The notes below the pieces were generated by a model. The model was given only the letters and a program-made list of their open reading frames with translations, was not told where the DNA came from and did no database searches. 64,000 nt of DNA from Candidatus Woesearchaeota archaeon. GTDB lineage: Archaea > Nanobdellota > Nanobdellia > Woesearchaeales > UBA10216. Shown piece after piece: positions 55,544-64,000 of this stretch. The position numbers were made by a program, and so were the translations under genes. The stretch lies in the NCBI GenBank assembly GCA_016185705.1, contig JACPMZ010000003.1:74900-138899 (forward strand), given 5' to 3'. How positions within the stretch are numbered: the first letter of the stretch is position 1; each line of letters opens with the position of its first letter.

Positions 55544-55780
55544 TCAGTTAAGCGCGATACTGAATGCTATACTCATATAAACACCATCTCCGGCTAGATA
55601 TCCTACGTCAAAAATAACCTGTAGTTGACTATCATCACCCGCTTTTATAGCTTTTCTATGTTCAATTACCGCGCCTCGAATTTCAGGGCTTTTGTGGGCA
55701 GCAAGCCCCTCTACTAATTCTTCGATAGCCGTTTGCAGCGAATAATTTTCCCTTTTCTTTATCTGCTTTTGCAAGTTCAA
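55544..55780 (-). CDS. hypothetical small protein (78 aa), possible minimal HEPN-like (R-x5-H) fold
   Basis: ORF; IRGAVIEHRKAI. Confidence 0.3.
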   Translation of the reverse strand: MNLQKQIKKRENYSLQTAIEELVEGLAAHKSPEIRGAVIEHRKAIKAGDDSQLQVIFDVGYLAGDGVYMSIAFSIALN

Positions 55781-55921
55781 CTAATATTGCTTCGCTTAAA
55801 TTTTCATATGAAGACATATTTACAGTTTAATGATTAAGTATAAATTTTTTTTCTGTTTTACCATTAGCAGATACGAAATTACGATAGATTTTTATATTCC
55901 AGACTATCTAATACTATTACG

Positions 55922-56119
55922 ATGGTAGAAGCAACTTTTGAAAAACAAGTAATAGATAAATTAGAGCATATGGAAAAAAATATCAACTACATAAAGGAAC
56001 ATATTGAAGATTCAAGATTGAGTAATGAAGAAAAACAACTATTAGAAGAAAGTTATGAGAGCGAGAAAGAAGGAAAACTAGTTTCTAGTAAAGATTTAAG
56101 GAAGAGCTTGGCACAATGA
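55922..56119 (+). CDS. hypothetical small acidic coiled-coil protein (65 aa)
   Basis: ORF only. Confidence 0.3.
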   Translation: MVEATFEKQVIDKLEHMEKNINYIKEHIEDSRLSNEEKQLLEESYESEKEGKLVSSKDLRKSLAQ

Positions 56120-56175
56120 GTTTTAACATTGGTTATGATAATCAACCAGAAAAATTCCAAATTAAACAGCTTATA

Positions 56176-56889
56176 TCAATTTTTTGCAGCAGTGATTTTT
56201 TTAAACAGCTTTTCCTCATCCACCCTAACACCCAATTTACTGAAGAACTCGCCGACATTGTGAATGTCGCGCTTCAGCATCGCAGCTGAGTTTGGCGAAC
56301 GCAGGGGGGATGCCTGAGAGAAATCAATGAAAACAGGCGCTTCGTTGCGGTTGAGGATGTTGAACTTTGACAAATCACCATGAACGTAACCGCTCCTGTA
56401 GAATTTCTTCATGTTGAGGATTATGCCATCAAAGAACTCCTGCGGTCTCTCCGGAATGGCATCCTTTATTTTTTGGGCTGGCTGCGCGTCTCCGACCGAA
56501 CTCATTACCATAATGTTTTTCATAAACGCAATGGGAACAGGCGCTGCTACATTTGCTCTTTGCGCAGCCATCAGATTGCGGTACTCCCTCTGGGCCCAGG
56601 CGAAAATGATAGCGCGCTTCCGCTTGGCAAGCCCCTCATACCTTGGATCAGACCTGATGTAGTCAAACATCTTCTTGAAGTCTGCTGTTTCAAGGCGGTA
56701 AATCTTCACGATGACTTTTGTGCTTCCCCTTGAAGCTGAGAAAACATTGGCCTCCTTGCCTATTGACAGCGGGCTCAATGAGCCATCCTCAAAAATGTCC
56801 TTGCTGCTGAGGACAAAAAGGTTTCTGATTGTAAACTGGTCAAACACGTCCTCCTCAGTCTTAAACCGCTCGCGGAATTTTTTGGCCAT
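56176..56889 (-). CDS. rio1: RIO-type serine/threonine protein kinase (Rio1-like, no N-terminal wHTH)
   Basis: VKIYRL (VAIK-like), YVHGDLSKFNIL catalytic loop, IDFSQA (DFG-like). Confidence 0.85.
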   Translation of the reverse strand: MAKKFRERFKTEEDVFDQFTIRNLFVLSSKDIFEDGSLSPLSIGKEANVFSASRGSTKVIVKIYRLETADFKKMFDYIRSDPRYEGLAKRKRAIIFAWAQREYRNLMAAQRANVAAPVPIAFMKNIMVMSSVGDAQPAQKIKDAIPERPQEFFDGIILNMKKFYRSGYVHGDLSKFNILNRNEAPVFIDFSQASPLRSPNSAAMLKRDIHNVGEFFSKLGVRVDEEKLFKKITAAKN

Positions 56890-57018
56890 GACTTTATCCT
56901 GCCTGCATTATTTTTCCTATCCTGCTGCCTCCTCAACTCAGCAGATGGGAATGAATCCAGTTGCGGGAGCACTGACAGTTTATAAAACTTTATAAAACGG
57001 GCAAAAACAGCATTTGAT

Positions 57019-57747
57019 ATGGATGATATTAAGCTGGTGCTGGTAAGCGGCGAAGGAAAACACCTGCATGTCAGGGACGTTCAGCACGATTACCACTGCC
57101 AGTACGGCATTGTCAAAAAAGGCGATTTGAAATCAGGAATTGTTAAGACAAACACCGGAAATACGTTATTTGCATTTCAACCAAGCTTCATTGACAAGTA
57201 CAAAAAAATAAGGCGCGCTCCCCAGATAATACCATCCAAGGACATTGGCAGCATCATAGCAGAAACAGGCGTCAACAAAGAAAGTTTTGTAGTTGATGCA
57301 TGAAGCGGGAGCGGCGCATTAGCCGTATTTTTGGCCAACATAGCAAAAAAGGTCGTGAGCTATGAAGTCAGAAAGGATTTTGCAGCGGTAGCTGCGGAAA
57401 ACGTAAAGCTTCTTCAGCTGAAAAACATCTCAATCAAAATCAAGAATGTTTATGACGGCATTGAGGAGGAAAACGCGGACCTGATAACTTTTGACCTGCC
57501 AGAGCCGTGGAAGGCGCTTAAAGCTGCCGAAAAGGCGCTGAAAGTCGGAGGATTTATTGTTTCGTACTCGCCCACAACATCGCAGGTTTCAGATTTCGTC
57601 AAAGCAGCCAAAAACACCAGCCTGCTGCACATGAAAACCATAGAAATCATACAGCGCGAATGGGAGTTTGACGAGCGCATTGTAAGGCCAAAGTCGCAGC
57701 CGATAGGGCATTCAGGGTTTATAACGTTTTTGCGCAAAATAAGTTAA
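57019..57747 (+). pseudogene. trmI: tRNA (adenine57/58-N1)-methyltransferase TrmI/Gcd14 homolog interrupted by in-frame TGA (57301-57303) at the conserved Gly of SAM motif I; annotated by ORF caller as two ORFs (57019-57303 and TTG-started 57331-57747)
   Basis: ...SFVVDA-TGA-SGSGALAVFLAN... versus TrmI consensus VvEaGtGSGaL; both parts in same frame. Confidence 0.7.
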
Positions 57748-57799
57748 AGCAATGAATAATGCCAGTGCAGCAGCAGGAGCGATAACATTGTAAGCGGCT

Positions 57800-58984
57800 T
57801 CATATTATGTCCTCCTTAACAACTTCTCCGGGCAGGGTTGTTTTGTCCGGCCATATCTTCCTGCCGGGATAAACTGACGTGCGGATGCCTGTCTTAACGT
57901 TATCGCCTATGGCTGTGCCAAACTTTCTGGTTGCAGTGCCTGTTAATTGACCGCTTACCCTTGACCTAACCTCTTCATTGTCATGGCGGAGATTTGCAAC
58001 AATAAAACCAGCTCCGAGATTAACATTCTCCCCAATGACAGAATCGCCGACATAGCTTAAGTGCGCAACGTGCGAGTTATCCATAACTATGGAATTTTTA
58101 ATTTCAACAGCATTTCCAATCCTGCAGTTGTCGCCAATGGACGTTGAAGCGCGGATGTAGCAGTTAGGGCCTATGTCGCAGTTCTCCCCAATTATCACAG
58201 GGCCTTCAATGTATGTGCCGCTCCTTAACAGCGTGTTTTTGCCCACAACAACTTTTCCCTTAATTGTAACGTTTTCCTCAACAGCTGAGGCAACATCCCC
58301 TTCAATATTGTTAAGCAGTTCCTCGTTTGCTTCCAGCAGAGACCACGGATAAGTTATGGGAATCCAGCTATCAGCTGTTTCCACAACTATTTTTTCCTGC
58401 TTTGCCAGAGATTTTACTGCATCTGTCAATTCGTACTCGCCGCGGGAGCTTTTATCAAGCTTTTCAATAACAGGAAATATTTTTCTGTCAAGAACGTAAA
58501 GCCCGGTATTGGCAATGCCCGTTGTCGGAGCTGCCGGCTTTTCCTTCAAGTCAATGAGTCTGCTGCCATCAGCAACTATTTCGCCGAACATGGCAATGTC
58601 CTTTACCTTCCTGCCGCTAATGCACAAATCATGCTTGACAGCTGCGGCAATAGCATCCCTGCTGTAAATGTCATCACCCATCAAAACAATGAATTTATCA
58701 TCCAAAAGCTTCTCAGCAGCAAGCAAAGCATGGGCCGTGCCTGTTTGCTGCGACTGCTCAATGAACGTCAGCTGAATATCAGCGAAGGCACTGCCAAGGT
58801 AATCGCTTATCCTGCTGCCTTCATGGCCGATGACGATGATAGCTTCATCCACAATGCCCCGCAGCTGGGAAAGCGTGTGCTCAATCACCGTTTTATTGGC
58901 TACTTTGAGCAAAGGCTTTGGCCTGTTAACTGTCAACGGAAAAGTCCTTGTGGATCTGCCAGCAGCCAGAATGACAGCTTTCAT
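57800..58984 (-). CDS. glmU: bifunctional sugar-1-phosphate nucleotidyltransferase / hexapeptide-repeat acetyltransferase (archaeal GlmU-like)
   Basis: N-term MKAVILAAGRSTR (G-x-G-x-R nucleotidyltransferase P-loop); C-terminal left-handed beta-helix hexapeptide repeats (IGENCDIGPNCYI...). Confidence 0.8.
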   Translation of the reverse strand: MKAVILAAGRSTRTFPLTVNRPKPLLKVANKTVIEHTLSQLRGIVDEAIIVIGHEGSRISDYLGSAFADIQLTFIEQSQQTGTAHALLAAEKLLDDKFIVLMGDDIYSRDAIAAAVKHDLCISGRKVKDIAMFGEIVADGSRLIDLKEKPAAPTTGIANTGLYVLDRKIFPVIEKLDKSSRGEYELTDAVKSLAKQEKIVVETADSWIPITYPWSLLEANEELLNNIEGDVASAVEENVTIKGKVVVGKNTLLRSGTYIEGPVIIGENCDIGPNCYIRASTSIGDNCRIGNAVEIKNSIVMDNSHVAHLSYVGDSVIGENVNLGAGFIVANLRHDNEEVRSRVSGQLTGTATRKFGTAIGDNVKTGIRTSVYPGRKIWPDKTTLPGEVVKEDII

Positions 58985-60264
58985 TTTCCAACCTCTGCCT
59001 TAACAGCGTCTGCTATCCTTCCAGCCAATTCATTTATGCTGCCTTTGCCTTCCACCATGATGCGAAGCACGTTTTCAGTGCCCGAATAGCGAACAAAGAC
59101 CCTGCCCTGTTCCCCAGCTTCCTTAATTTTTTCCATAACATCAGGTATTGATTCCAGCGGCTTCTTTTCCTTAACAGCAACGTTAACAAAAACTTGCGGG
59201 TATTTTGCAATAATCCCTGAAAATTCAGAAAGCTTTTTGCCGAAACCAAGGATTTGGATAGCAGCCAACAGCGCATCAGCAGACCTTGCAAACTCAGAAA
59301 AAATGTAATGGCCTGAGCTTTCGCCGCCAAAACTGTAATTGTTGGCGAACATTTCTTCAGCCACCAATTTATCGCCGGTATTAACCCTTACGACTTTAAT
59401 ATCGTGTTTGCCTAAAGAATCGTCAAGCCCGGAATTGCTGTAATCAGTAACCACGATGGCGTTATTGCTGAGCCTGCCTTTTTCCTCCAGATTAACAGCG
59501 ATTGCAGCCATTACAGCATCAGAATCAACAACATTGCCCTGCTCATCAATCACTACAAGCCGGTCAGCGTCGCCGTCAAAGGCAATTCCTGCATCCAGCT
59601 TATTTTCTTTCACTATTTTTTGCAGCTGCTCAGGATGCATGGCACCGCTCTCATTTATGTTGCTGCCGTCAGGATGGTTGCCGATGACAGTAACGGATGC
59701 ATCCAGCTTTTCAAAAACTTCTGCTGCAATGAAAGAGGCAGAGCCATTGCCGCAGTCAATGCCGACTTTCAATCCCTGCAGGTTTCCGCTGCTTACCAAA
59801 AATTCCTTGTAAGCCCCGTAGCTTTCCAGACTGCGCTCTTTAGGCCCTGCGCCAGCCGCTCTGAAAGATTTTGATGCAAGTATGGCTTCAAGCTTTTCCT
59901 GCTCATCGTCAGAAAACTTAAATCCGCTGCTGCCAAAAAATTTAAAGCCGTTCTCATCCGGAGGATTGTGCGAAGCAGAAATCATAATGCCGCAAGCAGC
60001 TTTCTCATTCATTACCGCGAAAGAAACAGCATTGCTTGGAACGACTCCGAGCAGCAGCGCTTCGCCTCCGGAATCAATTATGCCTTTCGCCAAAGCAGTT
60101 TGCAGAGCTTTTCCTGATGACCTCGTGTCCCTGCCGATAATAATTTTCGGAGTTTCAGAATCAGCAAGCGCAACGACTGCTTTTCCCAATTCAAATGCAA
60201 AGCCCTCAGTAACCGGATGCTGATTTGCCTTTCCACGGATTCCGTCGGTGCCGAAAAGAGTCAT
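58981..60264 (-). CDS. glmM: phosphoglucosamine mutase / phosphohexomutase
   Basis: GIMISASHNP active-site serine loop; MTLFGTDGIRG N-terminus. Confidence 0.85.
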   Translation of the reverse strand: MTLFGTDGIRGKANQHPVTEGFAFELGKAVVALADSETPKIIIGRDTRSSGKALQTALAKGIIDSGGEALLLGVVPSNAVSFAVMNEKAACGIMISASHNPPDENGFKFFGSSGFKFSDDEQEKLEAILASKSFRAAGAGPKERSLESYGAYKEFLVSSGNLQGLKVGIDCGNGSASFIAAEVFEKLDASVTVIGNHPDGSNINESGAMHPEQLQKIVKENKLDAGIAFDGDADRLVVIDEQGNVVDSDAVMAAIAVNLEEKGRLSNNAIVVTDYSNSGLDDSLGKHDIKVVRVNTGDKLVAEEMFANNYSFGGESSGHYIFSEFARSADALLAAIQILGFGKKLSEFSGIIAKYPQVFVNVAVKEKKPLESIPDVMEKIKEAGEQGRVFVRYSGTENVLRIMVEGKGSINELAGRIADAVKAEVGK

Positions 60265-61994
60265 TTCACTGTCACCGCTTTTGCCAAGTTACGCGGATAA
60301 TCCGGATTCAGCCCTTTAAGCAAAGCCAAATGATAAGCCAGCATCTGCACAGGAATAATGTTTACAATAGGAGATGCGTTGCCTGCATCAGGCACTTTCA
60401 GCCAGTAATCAAACGCCTCGTTGTTTTCCGGAGCTATTCCAATAATGAAGCCGCCTCTTGCTTTTATTTCCATGGCGTTGCTAATCATCTCTGCCTTAAC
60501 GCTGTCATTGGCGACCAAAGCAATGCACGGCGTTCCCTCATCAATCAGTGCAAGCGGGCCGTGCTTAAGCTCGCCGGCGGCAAAGCCCTGGGCGTTTATG
60601 CAAGCTGTTTCCTGCAGCTTAATGGCTGCTTCCAGAGCCATTGGATAATTGATGCCCCTTCCAATAATGTACATGTCGCTTCTTTCTTTCAGCATCTCAG
60701 CCAATTTTTTTATGTGTTCCTCGTAGCGCGGGTTAAGCATATCATTAACCTGCTCAGCCACATTCAAAAGCAGCAGCTTGCCTTCCTGAAGCTTTCCGAT
60801 GGAAGCGTAAGCCAAAAGAGTAACGACTGCGAGCTGCGCTGTTGTTGCCTTTGTTGACACAACAGCGCGTTCAGCGCCTGCATTAACCATGAAGTACTGG
60901 TCAGAAGCGCGCATCATGGTGCTGCCGAAAACATTGAGCAGCGAGATGACTTTGGAGCCGCTTTTTTTGGCTGCGTCAATCGCCTCAAGAACATCTGCTG
61001 TTTCCCCGCTCTGCGAAACAGCAATTATCAAAGACTTTGGCGTCAGGTAATGGCTGTAGTTGGGGAATTCCGAGGCAACGTAGGAATTCACGTGCTTTCT
61101 GGCAACTTTAGAAAAAAGGTACTCGGCAGCCATGCATACTTTTCCTGCGGTGCCGCAGCCAACAAGGAAAGTGCCGTACGCGTTATTAATATCAGCTGCC
61201 ACTGACATGATTTTTGACTCATCCTGATTAATGGCTTTGTAAAGTGTTTCTTTCTGGTCCATAATCTCCTTAATCAGGTAATGCTCATAGCTGCCCTTCT
61301 CTGCTGATTCAGGCTGCCAGTCAATTTCCACAACTCTTTTGCTTACTTTTTCACCGCTGTCAATGCTGTAAAAATGAGCCGCTTCATCAATTATTACCAG
61401 CTCGTTATCGTCAAGGTACTGAACATTCTTTGTGTGATTGAAAAACGCGCTTATGTCGGAGGCAATGAAAAACTCATCCCTGCCGATGCCTACTATGAGC
61501 GGAGCTCCTTTTCTTGCAGCAGCCAGCCTGTTTTCATACTTCGCAACAAAAGCTGAGCGGCCCTTCAGCAGCTTAGCAGCTTCCTTAATTGCCTGCTCAA
61601 AGCCAATGGAAAGCTTCTCCTCAATAAGGTGGGAAACCGTTTCAGAATCAGTGTCAGACGCAAAGCGGTGCGAGCTTAAGGAAGCTTTAAGCTCCTGATA
61701 ATTCTCAACAATGCCGTTGTGAACAACAGCAACCCTTCCTGAGCAGTCAAGATGGGGATGCGCATTCTGCCAGGTAACAGGGCCGTGGGTGCTCCAGCGG
61801 GTATGGCCAATCGCAATGCTGCTCGGGCTTATGACAACGTTGCCGCTTTCGCCAATCCTGCCAACCCTCTTAACAACCTCAGAGCCAGTTGCTATTCCCC
61901 ACGAATCATAGCCGCGGTACTCAAGCGCCTTCAAGCCATCCAAAACGACCTTAGAAGCGTCTTTCCATCCCTTATAAGCAATTATGCCGCACAT
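60261..61994 (-). CDS. glmS: glutamine--fructose-6-phosphate aminotransferase (isomerising)
   Basis: MCGIIAY N-terminal Cys nucleophile; two SIS domains; 577 aa. Confidence 0.9.
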   Translation of the reverse strand: MCGIIAYKGWKDASKVVLDGLKALEYRGYDSWGIATGSEVVKRVGRIGESGNVVISPSSIAIGHTRWSTHGPVTWQNAHPHLDCSGRVAVVHNGIVENYQELKASLSSHRFASDTDSETVSHLIEEKLSIGFEQAIKEAAKLLKGRSAFVAKYENRLAAARKGAPLIVGIGRDEFFIASDISAFFNHTKNVQYLDDNELVIIDEAAHFYSIDSGEKVSKRVVEIDWQPESAEKGSYEHYLIKEIMDQKETLYKAINQDESKIMSVAADINNAYGTFLVGCGTAGKVCMAAEYLFSKVARKHVNSYVASEFPNYSHYLTPKSLIIAVSQSGETADVLEAIDAAKKSGSKVISLLNVFGSTMMRASDQYFMVNAGAERAVVSTKATTAQLAVVTLLAYASIGKLQEGKLLLLNVAEQVNDMLNPRYEEHIKKLAEMLKERSDMYIIGRGINYPMALEAAIKLQETACINAQGFAAGELKHGPLALIDEGTPCIALVANDSVKAEMISNAMEIKARGGFIIGIAPENNEAFDYWLKVPDAGNASPIVNIIPVQMLAYHLALLKGLNPDYPRNLAKAVTVK

Positions 61995-62314
61995 AAAGAC
62001 TCACTGAAACAACCATGGCAGCCGCTTATTAAAGGCAGCTGCCACAGAGGTGTTCATGCTGCTTAAGGTAGGCATGCATATATAAAAGCATTATTAAAAC
62101 AATGTTATTACTATTATAAATAAAATTATAGTTTTTGGTTGCGAAAGTTTTATTAAGCCCATTCACATACCGCATGCATGCGCTACATCCACCAAATAGT
62201 GAGCAATGACATAATGCTGATGCTTCTCCTCATCATGCTGACGGTTATTATCATTGTGAACAGCAGCTCTGTTCCGTAGGGTCAATGCTATCCGCTGCCC
62301 CTTTCCCACAACAG

Positions 62315-62364
62315 CGCTTTATTTTCTCCGCCCTTAACTTTAGGGGAGGGGAGAAAATAAAGCG
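62315..62364. repeat. hairpin of family (cgctttattttctccgccc TTAACTTTAG gggaggggagaaaataaagcg)
   Basis: perfect ~19-bp stem with GGGAGGG core. Confidence 0.7.
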
Positions 62365-62397
62365 CGGAACAAGATATTAGCATTCGAAGGAACTTGC

Positions 62398-62958
62398 ATG
62401 AAAAAAGAAATAAGACTTCTTGGAATCGACGATGCGCCTTTTGACAAGTTCAAGGACAAAAAAACACTGATAGTCGGCGTTTTTTTCCGGGGCGGAGGCA
62501 GCGTGGATGGAATACTTTCGGAAACTGTTGACATAGACGGAAGCGATGCGAGCGAGAAAATCATTGAGATGGTGAACCGCAGCAAGTTCAGGACGCAGCT
62601 GAGGGCTATAATGCTGAAAGGAATAGCATTCGCAGGCTTTAACCTCATAGACATTGAAAAAGTCAGCAAAAAAACAGGAATACCTGTAATAGTGGTAATG
62701 CGGCGGCTGCCCGACAAAGAAAGAATCGGACGCATACTTGCAAAGCTGCGCAAAGAGAGCAGCATAAAGCTGATGGAAAAAGCAGGGCAGATAAGCAAAG
62801 CAGGCGCCATCTACATTCAGTTCAGCGGAACAACGCCTGAGCAGGCAAAGGAAATAATCAGGATAAGCAGCAGCCGCGGAAACATTCCTGAGCCAATCAG
62901 AGTAGCGCACCTGATTGCAGGCGGGGTTAAGCTCGGGCAGAGCAGGGGGAAGGCGTGA
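62398..62958 (+). CDS. DUF99/UPF0215-family archaeal protein
   Basis: MKKEIRLLGIDDAPF... typical N-terminus of the DUF99 family. Confidence 0.6.
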   Translation: MKKEIRLLGIDDAPFDKFKDKKTLIVGVFFRGGGSVDGILSETVDIDGSDASEKIIEMVNRSKFRTQLRAIMLKGIAFAGFNLIDIEKVSKKTGIPVIVVMRRLPDKERIGRILAKLRKESSIKLMEKAGQISKAGAIYIQFSGTTPEQAKEIIRISSSRGNIPEPIRVAHLIAGGVKLGQSRGKA

Positions 62959-63238
62959 ACTTCTCTGGAAAAACAAAAAAATATATAAATATCTTTTTAT
63001 ATCAATAGATATCTTTTAGATGATAAAGATATTCGCTGAAGATTGCACTGGAAAGGCAAGCTGCTGGTGTTCACGTGGCATGTCAAGAACTGCGGACTGA
63101 AGTCCACAGCGTGCAGTTCTTGAGCATGCTCAGAAACGCTGAATGCTTACTCCGCACTGAAGTAAGGAGATTGCGCATCAGCGTTTCTGACATTTCAAGA
63201 AAGAGTTTGAGGATATTAGGAAGCCAATAGAATTTGTT

Positions 63239-63409
63239 TTGGACATACTGGACGGTGGAGAACGTGTGCGAGTATCAAAGCGGCAGAACAAATACAATGT
63301 GTTTTATCCATTTGGAAGAAAATACTTGTGCCTTTCATATGTTGAGCACGAACAAATAATCTTGATACATATCAAACCTATTTGGAGAAAACCGGAGGCA
63401 AGAAAATGA
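63239..63409 (+). CDS. possible RelE/ParE-superfamily toxin (approx. 56 aa, non-ATG start; open frame begins 63191)
   Basis: ...KYNVFYPFGRKYLCLSYVEHEQIILIHIKPIWRK resembles RelE C-terminal region; stop TGA overlaps ATG of downstream zinc-finger/AbrB gene (ATGA). Confidence 0.35.
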   Translation: MDILDGGERVRVSKRQNKYNVFYPFGRKYLCLSYVEHEQIILIHIKPIWRKPEARK

Positions 63410-63735
63410 AAAAATTCATGAAAACCTGTTACAAATGCGGAAGCAGCGTTCATGCAGCCAAAATTATGAAAGAAGGAGTTAAGCTGAACGGCTTGAAGTG
63501 CCCCAAATGCGGAGAAGAATATTTTACGTCAAGCGAATTGGTCAAGTTTGACATTCTTAAAGGGAAAAGAAAGCTGATAAGAAAATTCGGAGTCCTCGGA
63601 GATTCCACCATTATGCGATTCCCAAATGACGTGCTTGAAGATTATGGAATAAAGCCCGGCGATTACGGCGCATTTGAAAAAAGGCCAGAAGGCATACTAA
63701 TCAAGCCAGTTCATTCCAAAGAACTGGAAATGTAG
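63406..63735 (+). CDS. putative antitoxin: YgiT-type zinc finger + AbrB-like swapped-hairpin domain (paralog of 20424-20753); ORF caller extends to TTG 63382
   Basis: CYKCGSS...CPKCGEEYFTS; C-term TIMRFPNDVLEDYGIKPGDYGAFEKRPEGILIKPV. Confidence 0.6.
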   Translation: MKKFMKTCYKCGSSVHAAKIMKEGVKLNGLKCPKCGEEYFTSSELVKFDILKGKRKLIRKFGVLGDSTIMRFPNDVLEDYGIKPGDYGAFEKRPEGILIKPVHSKELEM

Positions 63736-63828
63736 ATACGCCCAACTCTGCAGAACAGGGTACGGAAAAAGCGCAAACACGACTTTTTAACAATTTATTC
63801 TGCAAAACCTCATTTTTGCCCCAAAAAA

Positions 63829-63945
63829 GCCGGAAACTTTCCGGGCTTTCCGGAAAAACGATTCTTAGTTTTTAAAGCAGCCAGCAAAATTTCCGGACGA
63901 TTTGAATGAATATCCGGCTTTTCCGGAAACTTTCCGGAAAATCCT
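63829..63945. repeat. cluster of five TTCCGGAA-type palindromic octamers (ccggaaactttccgg, ctttccggaaaaa, atttccggacg, ttttccggaaactttccggaaaat)
   Basis: direct observation; candidate transcription-factor operator array. Confidence 0.6.
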
Positions 63946-64000
63946 GGGCAAGGCATATTAACCTGGAAAATAAAAAAGAAAACGTGCAGGCGCAAACAGG

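Noticed and set aside
57301-57303. Genome-wide UGA-to-Gly recoding (code 25-like) as the explanation for the trmI TGA
   Set aside because: Other genes in the window clearly terminate at TGA (e.g. 18465-18467, 46521-46523, 8709-8711). No other conserved gene here (glmS, ftsZ, rps15, recJ-like) is interrupted by TGA. A local pseudogene or readthrough event is more parsimonious.
25224-62364. Hairpin repeats considered as a possible CRISPR array
   Set aside because: The copies are dispersed over 37 kb, have variable stems, and are not separated by regular short unique spacers. No cas genes are present.

Overview
This is a 64-kb archaeal chromosomal segment, probably from a DPANN-like small-genome archaeon (inference). 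Supporting signs: an intron-containing tRNA, S15P/S13e, diphthine synthase, FtsZ, leaderless TATA-driven genes and huge N-glycosylation-sequon-rich surface proteins.

Gene content, in order:
- 1-8712 (-): a 3'-truncated giant adhesin-like surface protein (>2,900 aa), translationally coupled to a small wHTH protein.
- 9.5-13.2 kb (-): a restriction-modification-like cassette of RHH protein, EVE (PUA-like modified-base reader) protein, putative REase and gamma-class N6A DNA methyltransferase. It is flanked by perfect 55-bp direct repeats; the right copy forms the 5' end of a chromosomal methyltransferase gene.
- 14.2-19.9 kb (+): a 1409-aa surface glycoside-hydrolase-like protein and an NhaP antiporter with a histone-H1-like tail.
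- 20.05 kb: a tRNA-Gln(TTG) with two introns (canonical 37/38 and T-loop). Its 3' end is repeated twice downstream; the repeats delimit two small toxin-antitoxin cassettes (DUF4258/zf-AbrB and HicB/truncated HicA) that look like remnants of serial tRNA-targeted integrations.
- 21-27 kb: housekeeping genes (SDR, YjeF-N, methyltransferases, PRTase, rps15, RecJ-like DHH).
- 26.8-32 kb (-): a secretome operon of a membrane protein, a 1393-aa Cys-rich metzincin-motif protein and a Cys-rich C-terminally anchored protein.
- 38.7-50.9 kb: an alpha-glucan/glycogen island (GH15, GDE-like, GalT-like, GT3 glycogen synthase, GT4, GH57, GT4-HAD fusion) that also holds three tandem paralogous small proteins of unknown function.
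- 51-64 kb: ftsZ; several toxin-antitoxin pairs (VapBC, PIN/UPF0175, RelE-like/zf-AbrB); RIO kinase; a trmI gene interrupted by an in-frame TGA exactly at the conserved SAM-motif glycine; and the glmS-glmM-glmU operon.

Across the window there is a MITE-like family of about 115-145 bp with terminal inverted repeats, 9-13-bp target-site duplications and a central C-rich/G-rich palindromic hairpin (CCCTCCC...GGGAGGG core). At least a dozen copies or solo hairpins are present, all intergenic, one apparently carrying a hairpin-core insertion.

No rRNA genes or CRISPR arrays were seen.
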